Positions 58,987 to 64,000 of a stretch of DNA of 64,000 bases are shown here, piece by piece. The notes beneath the pieces were generated by a model, which saw nothing but the letters and a program-made list of their open reading frames with translations, had not been told where the DNA came from and searched no databases. Position 1 is the stretch's first letter. Every line of letters begins with the position of its first letter. Source of the DNA: Macrostomum lignano (taxonomy: Eukaryota); contig NIVC01001595.1 of the NCBI GenBank assembly GCA_002269645.1, positions 56,602-120,601 on the forward strand. Direction: 5' to 3'. Made by a program: the position numbers and the translations under genes.

Positions 58987-59873
58987 GTAATGCCCCTGGT
59001 GCTTAATGCCCCTGGTGCTTAATGCCCTTGCTTAATGCCCCTGGTGCTTAATGCCCCTGGTGCTTAATGCCCCTGGTGCTTAATGCCCCTGGTGCTTAAT
59101 GCCCCTTGCTTAATGCCCCTGGTGCTTAATGCCCCTGGTGCTTAATGCCCCTGGTGCTTAATGCCCCTGGTGCTTAATGCCCCTGGTGCTTAATGCCCCT
59201 GGTGCTTAATGCCCCTGGTGCTTAATGCCCCTGGTGCTTAATGCCCCTGGTGCTTAATGCCCCTGGTGCTTAATGCCCCTGGTGCTTAATGCCCCTGGTG
59301 CTTAATGCCCCTGGTGCTTAATGCCCCTGGTGCTTAATGCCCCTGGTGCTTAATGCCCCTGGTGCTTAATGCCCCTGGTGCTTAATGCCCCTGGTGCTTA
59401 ATGCCCCTGGTGCTTAATGCCCCTGGTGTTAATGCCCCTGGTGCTTAATGCCCCTGGTGCTTAATGCCCCTGGTGCTTAATGCCCCTGGTGCTTAATGCC
59501 CCTGGTGCTTAATGCCCCTGGTGCTTAATGCCCCTGGTGCTTAATGCCCCTGGTGCTTAATGCCCCTGGTGCTTAATGCCCCTGGTGCTTAATGCCCCTG
59601 GTGCTTAATGCCCCTGGTGCTTAATGCCCCTGGTGCTTAATGCCCTGGTGCTTAATGCCCCTGGTGCTTAATGCCCCTGGTGCTTAATGCCCCTGGTGCT
59701 TAATGCCCCTGGTGCTTAATGCCCCTGGTGCTTAATGCCCCTGGTGCTTAATGCCCCTGGTGCTTAATGCCCCTGGTGCTTAATGCCCCTGGTGCTTAAT
59801 GCCCCTGGTGCTTAATATCCCTGGTGCTTAATGCCCCTGGTGCTTAATGCCCCTGGTGCTTAATGCCCCTGGT
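58987..59873. repeat. Array A, copy 2: 16-bp TTAATGCCCCTGGTGC, ~55 copies
   Basis: Direct reading; followed by the same TTCTGGCGCCTCC..CTGGCTACGCCC flank as copy 1. Confidence 0.97.
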
Positions 59874-62829
59874 TCTGGCGCCTCCTAAAGACCCCCCCCC
59901 CAACAAAAATCCTGGCTACGCCCAAGAACGCTTCACTATATGGGAGGTGGTTAGACCGAATTCTGACCGAAACTCAACTTGAATTTCGCACACAGCCTCT
60001 GTAATTCCCACATTTTGCAAAAAGTACAATTCTTTGCCGAAAAAATGGTCTATAACTATACACACGTCCCAACCATTTCCAGTGTAGTAGGTTAAATTCT
60101 ATAGAAATGCTGTCAGCAATTGTCACATGCATTCATTCAGCTTCTTTAATTCGAAACTGCAATGCTTCCTCGCTTTAGGCTATGACTTGACCTGAAAGGA
60201 GTGGCAGCGCATGCATTAATAGTGGTCCAAGCCATTGCTTCAATGAGCTCAATACCGATCCGATCGATCGCTCACTATTGGAATCCCCTGAGCCACCACC
60301 CCCCGTTTCCAGCCTTTGACTCCAACACAACTACTAGAGGCGTGCTGGTAAGTTGAACGACGCCATGGTGTGCAGGACTTTGCACGCAGCTCAGTTGTAA
60401 GCCATGAAAAGCCAAGCTACTCACCAGAGTGGGCAAATGCCACCTAGCCCCAGCCCACTGCCTGGCTGGGTGTAGCGATGTCTGGCAGCTCAAAGCACCT
60501 GCTCTGAGCTGAGAGAGTGAGGAAGCTAGCTATTCCCAAGTCTTTAAAGGTTTGAAATGGAATCAGCCTGTTTGCCGAGAAGTCCAAGTCCGACAAAATT
60601 TCGTATTCGTCTGCGTTGGCCGAGAAATTTCGACATGACAATCACTTGAGCTCTGTTTGGAATTTTTGTCTGCCTGTGCCTGGCTGCGGAGTGCTTGTTT
60701 TATCATAGAAACGCGTGCCGTTTTAACTATATGAATAATGCATAGAACCATAACCAAACCATGCATAGAACAATTTTTAAACATAGAAATTCTGTTTAAC
60801 AATATGAATTTCAGAAAACAAGAATACTGAGATGACCGACGGTGGCGACTGCTAAGGGTCTTCGACTTCGAAGTGTCGGTTGAACTACTAAAATAGTTAC
60901 TTTAACACGGTGTTGGGATATGACATTTTGCGCAAATTATTAATAACTTAAAACCATGAAATTGAGGCTCAAAATTCTGCTCAGAATTTTGCTCAAAGCT
61001 CTGCTCAGAAGAACAGAAATTGATGACGGAATTTAATGGCGAGTTGAAGTAAAATCAAAATTATAAAAGATCACTGCAAATTAAGCAGTTTTACGATAAA
61101 TTCTTACTTTAAATTTGTTATAAGAATACTCCCTAACAGTGAGGTGGCGGTAACTAATATCTGGTTGATAGGGAAGTAACCATATAGCTTTTGATTGAAA
61201 TTAAATAAAACTGTTGCTCTCCTGGCTAATGCCACTAATAACACGAACGTTGCTGCTAGACCTATCTTTATTTCATTTTATCGATGGTATGCGAGGGCGC
61301 TCGCTACCAATGCATAACTGAAGTGGAAGGCCGGCAAGGAACTGCAGAATGGGGTTCTACGCTCGTATCATTAGAGAAAAACCTCTCAAGAGCTCTTTTC
61401 TGCTCTGCCTAACCAAATGGCTATTGGCCTCAAGCAACCTCTAAAGAGCCGCAGCAGCAAAAATGCAAGACAAAGTGGCTGAGCTAGAATAAGCCAGGAC
61501 TAACCAAGAGACGGGGCTGAGCTAGACTAAGCCAGGGACTAACCAAGAGACAAAGTGGCTGAGCTAGACTAAGCCAGACTAACCAAGAGACAAAGTGGCT
61601 GAGCTAGATAAGCCAGGGACTAACCAAGAGACAAAGTGGCTGAGCTAGATAAGCCAGACTAACCAAGAGACGGGCTGAGCTAGACTAAGCCAGGGACTAA
61701 CCAAGAGACAAAGTGGCTGAGCTAGGATAAGCCAGGGACTAACCAAGAGACGGGGGCTGAGCTAGACTAAGCCAGGGACTAACCAAGAGACGGGTGCTGA
61801 GCTAGACTAAGCCAGGGACTAACCAAGAGACAAAGTGGCTGAGCTAGACAAAGCCAGGGACTAATTAAGTCAAGCAATCATTACATCACGATCACTGCGT
61901 ACTTAGAATCTTTGAAAGAGCGACCTTAAGACTAATTTTTAGTGCTTGGATATGAGCAAAAGAGAGAAGAGCTCAAGGGTATGATTGACCATAGACTATG
62001 GATTGTGTTGATTAAAAGCTCACTTACGGGACTGCTTTCTTAGACTTTATCAGGGCACTGAAAGAGAGAGATGGCTTTGATTGACAGGACAATCTTCCAT
62101 TTCCTGTTTGGACGGAGTCAACGACAACGAATTGGAAGTTCATTTTCAGATTTTCAGATTTTCAGACGGCGGATAGAAAAAACTTTATCGACTTCTACGT
62201 GAATCTGTAGTCGAGGTCTGAGGGTCAGAAGCACCGGACCCTGTCTCTTGGTGGGCGCCCCTGTCTTTTGGTTGGGCGCCCCTGTCTCTTGGTGGGCGCC
62301 CCTGGCTCTTGGAGGGCGCCCCTGTCTTTTGGTTGGGCGCCCCTGTCGCTCCGTGGGCGCCCCTGTCTCTTTGTTGGGCGCCCCTGCCTCTTGGTTGGGC
62401 GCCCCTGTCTCTTGGTGGGCGCCCCTGTCTCTCCGTGGGCGCCCCTGTCTCTTGGTGGGAGACCCTGTCTCTTGGTTGGGCGCCCCTGTCTTTTGGTTGG
62501 GCGCCCCTGTCTCTCCGTGGGTGCCCCTGTCTCTCCGTGGGCTCCACTGTCTCTCCGTGGGCGCCCCTATCTCTCCGTGGGCGCCCCTGTCTCTCGTGGG
62601 CGTTCCTCTCTCTTAGGCCGCGGTGTATGCTAAGCAGGAACGATTGGGGGGGGGTGGCCCCCAAGCCCCCCTCTGCTTATACCAATGACCAAACCTAATG
62701 GTAAGACATAGACAGTGCTTAGGAAAGTTTTAGATGACACTATACATACTGTCTGTGGCAAAACCCCATTAGCAGCATTTGTTCAATAATTTCGGCTGTT
62801 GATTCCAGAACTAATAAGCTGTATGCACA

Positions 62830-62873
62830 GGGACTGTAGCCTGGTGGTTAGAGCGTCTGACTCCAAATGAAAG
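62830..62873 (+). pseudogene. tRNA-Trp-like 5' fragment (possible SINE head)
   Basis: GGGACTGTAGCCTGGTGGTTAGAGCGTCTGACTCCAAATGAAAG resembles tRNA-Trp GCGTCTGACTCCAGATCAGAAGG. A-box-like motif present; no complete T arm or acceptor 3' half. Confidence 0.4.
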
Positions 62874-63147
62874 TCAGTTCAACAATAAGGGAACAACAAT
62901 AAGTTCAAAAATAGGTCAGTCTTATTGTTGGAGCTCCGCAGAGGAGGAAAATATTGTCTCCGTTCTGATACTATCCTTAACCAGCCTTCGCTCTTAGCTT
63001 CAACGCCCTAATCGGGGACTGGCCCACCAGTGAAGCCTTTAAAAGGGACTACTAAATATAGGGGAACGCAAGTCTAATAATCAATAGAGCCACAGAGAGT
63101 CGGCTATGTGTTTAATCTTGCGTTCAATTCACTCTTTGCCAAGCTAT

Positions 63148-64000
63148 GCTTTCACTGAGTTTCTGATCACTGAGTTTTTGATCACTGAGTTCTCTATCAC
63201 TGATTTGCTGATCACTGAGTTGCTGATCACTGAGTTTCTTATCACTGATTTGCTGATCACTGATTTGCTGATCACTGAGTTGTTGATCACTGAGTTGCTG
63301 ATCACTGGGTTGCTGATCACTGAGTTGCTGATCACTGAGTTGCTGATCACTGAGTTGCTAATCACTGAGTTGCTGATCACTGAGTTCTGATCACTGAGTT
63401 TCTGATCACTGAGTTGCTGATCACTGAGTTTCTGATCACTGAGTTGTTGATCACTGAGTTGCTGATCACTGAGTTTCTGATCACTGAGTTTCTGATCACT
63501 GAGTTGTTGATCACTGAGTTGTTGATCACTGAGTTGTTGATCACTGAGTTGCTGATCACTGAGTTGCTAGGAATTGAGTTGCTGATCACTGAGTTGCTGA
63601 TCACTGAGTTGTTGATCACTGAGTTGCTGATCACTGAGTTGCTGATCACTGGGTTGCTGATCACTGAGTTGCTGATCACTGAGTTTCTGATCACTGAGTT
63701 TCTGATCACTGAGTTGCTGATCACTGAGTTGCTGATCACTGGGTTGCTGATCACTGAGTTGCTGATCACTGAGTTGCTGATCACTGAGTTGCTGATCACT
63801 GAGTTTCTGATCACTGAGTTGTTGATCACTGAGTTGTTGATCACTGAGTGTTGATCACTGAGTTTGCTGATCACTGAGTTTGCTAGAATTGAGTTGCTGA
63901 TCACTGAGTTGCTGATCACTGAGTTGTTGATCACTGAGTTGCTGATCACTGAGTTGCTGATCACTGGTTGCTGATCACTGAGTTGCTGATCACTGAGTTT
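63148..64000. repeat. Array D, copy 2: 15-bp ACTGAGTT(G/T)CTGATC, more than 55 copies, runs off the window end
   Basis: Direct reading. Confidence 0.97.

Larger units (their letters stand above)
58987..64000. mobile_element. Composite repeat unit, copy 2 (arrays at 58987-59873, 61465-61862, 62238-62605, 63148-window end)
   Basis: Colinear with 45432-51835. Lacks 46871-47727, has an extra ~400 bp at ~62732-63145, and array D is uninterrupted within the window. Confidence 0.65.

Overview
This is eukaryotic (metazoan) genomic DNA with spliceosomal introns and a very heavy load of micro- and minisatellites. The poly-Q/G/A tracts and repeat-filled introns resemble a flatworm such as Macrostomum, but that species guess is inference only. 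Host genes I could rebuild by hand from splice sites: a short caveolin (+, 2 exons, needs a GC-AG intron), tRNA-Glu(CTC) (-), alpha-tubulin (-, ends in EEF), an NMNAT (+, 5 exons), an intronless MTCH-like SLC25 carrier (+), a ~19 kb AGAP/centaurin-gamma gene (+, 13-14 exons) and two near-identical WSC-domain exons. Mobile DNA: a non-autonomous Helitron-like element, MITE-like inverted-repeat elements, a 5'-truncated LINE inserted in a minisatellite, a dead Ty3/gypsy gag-pol fused to a Harbinger-like end, and a ~5 kb composite unit of four tandem arrays present twice. Two of those four arrays are inverted copies of each other (foldback-like). Most long introns of the AGAP gene carry their own private tandem-repeat family. 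No CRISPR array or prokaryotic system is supported. Exon coordinates were read by eye; array boundaries are approximate.
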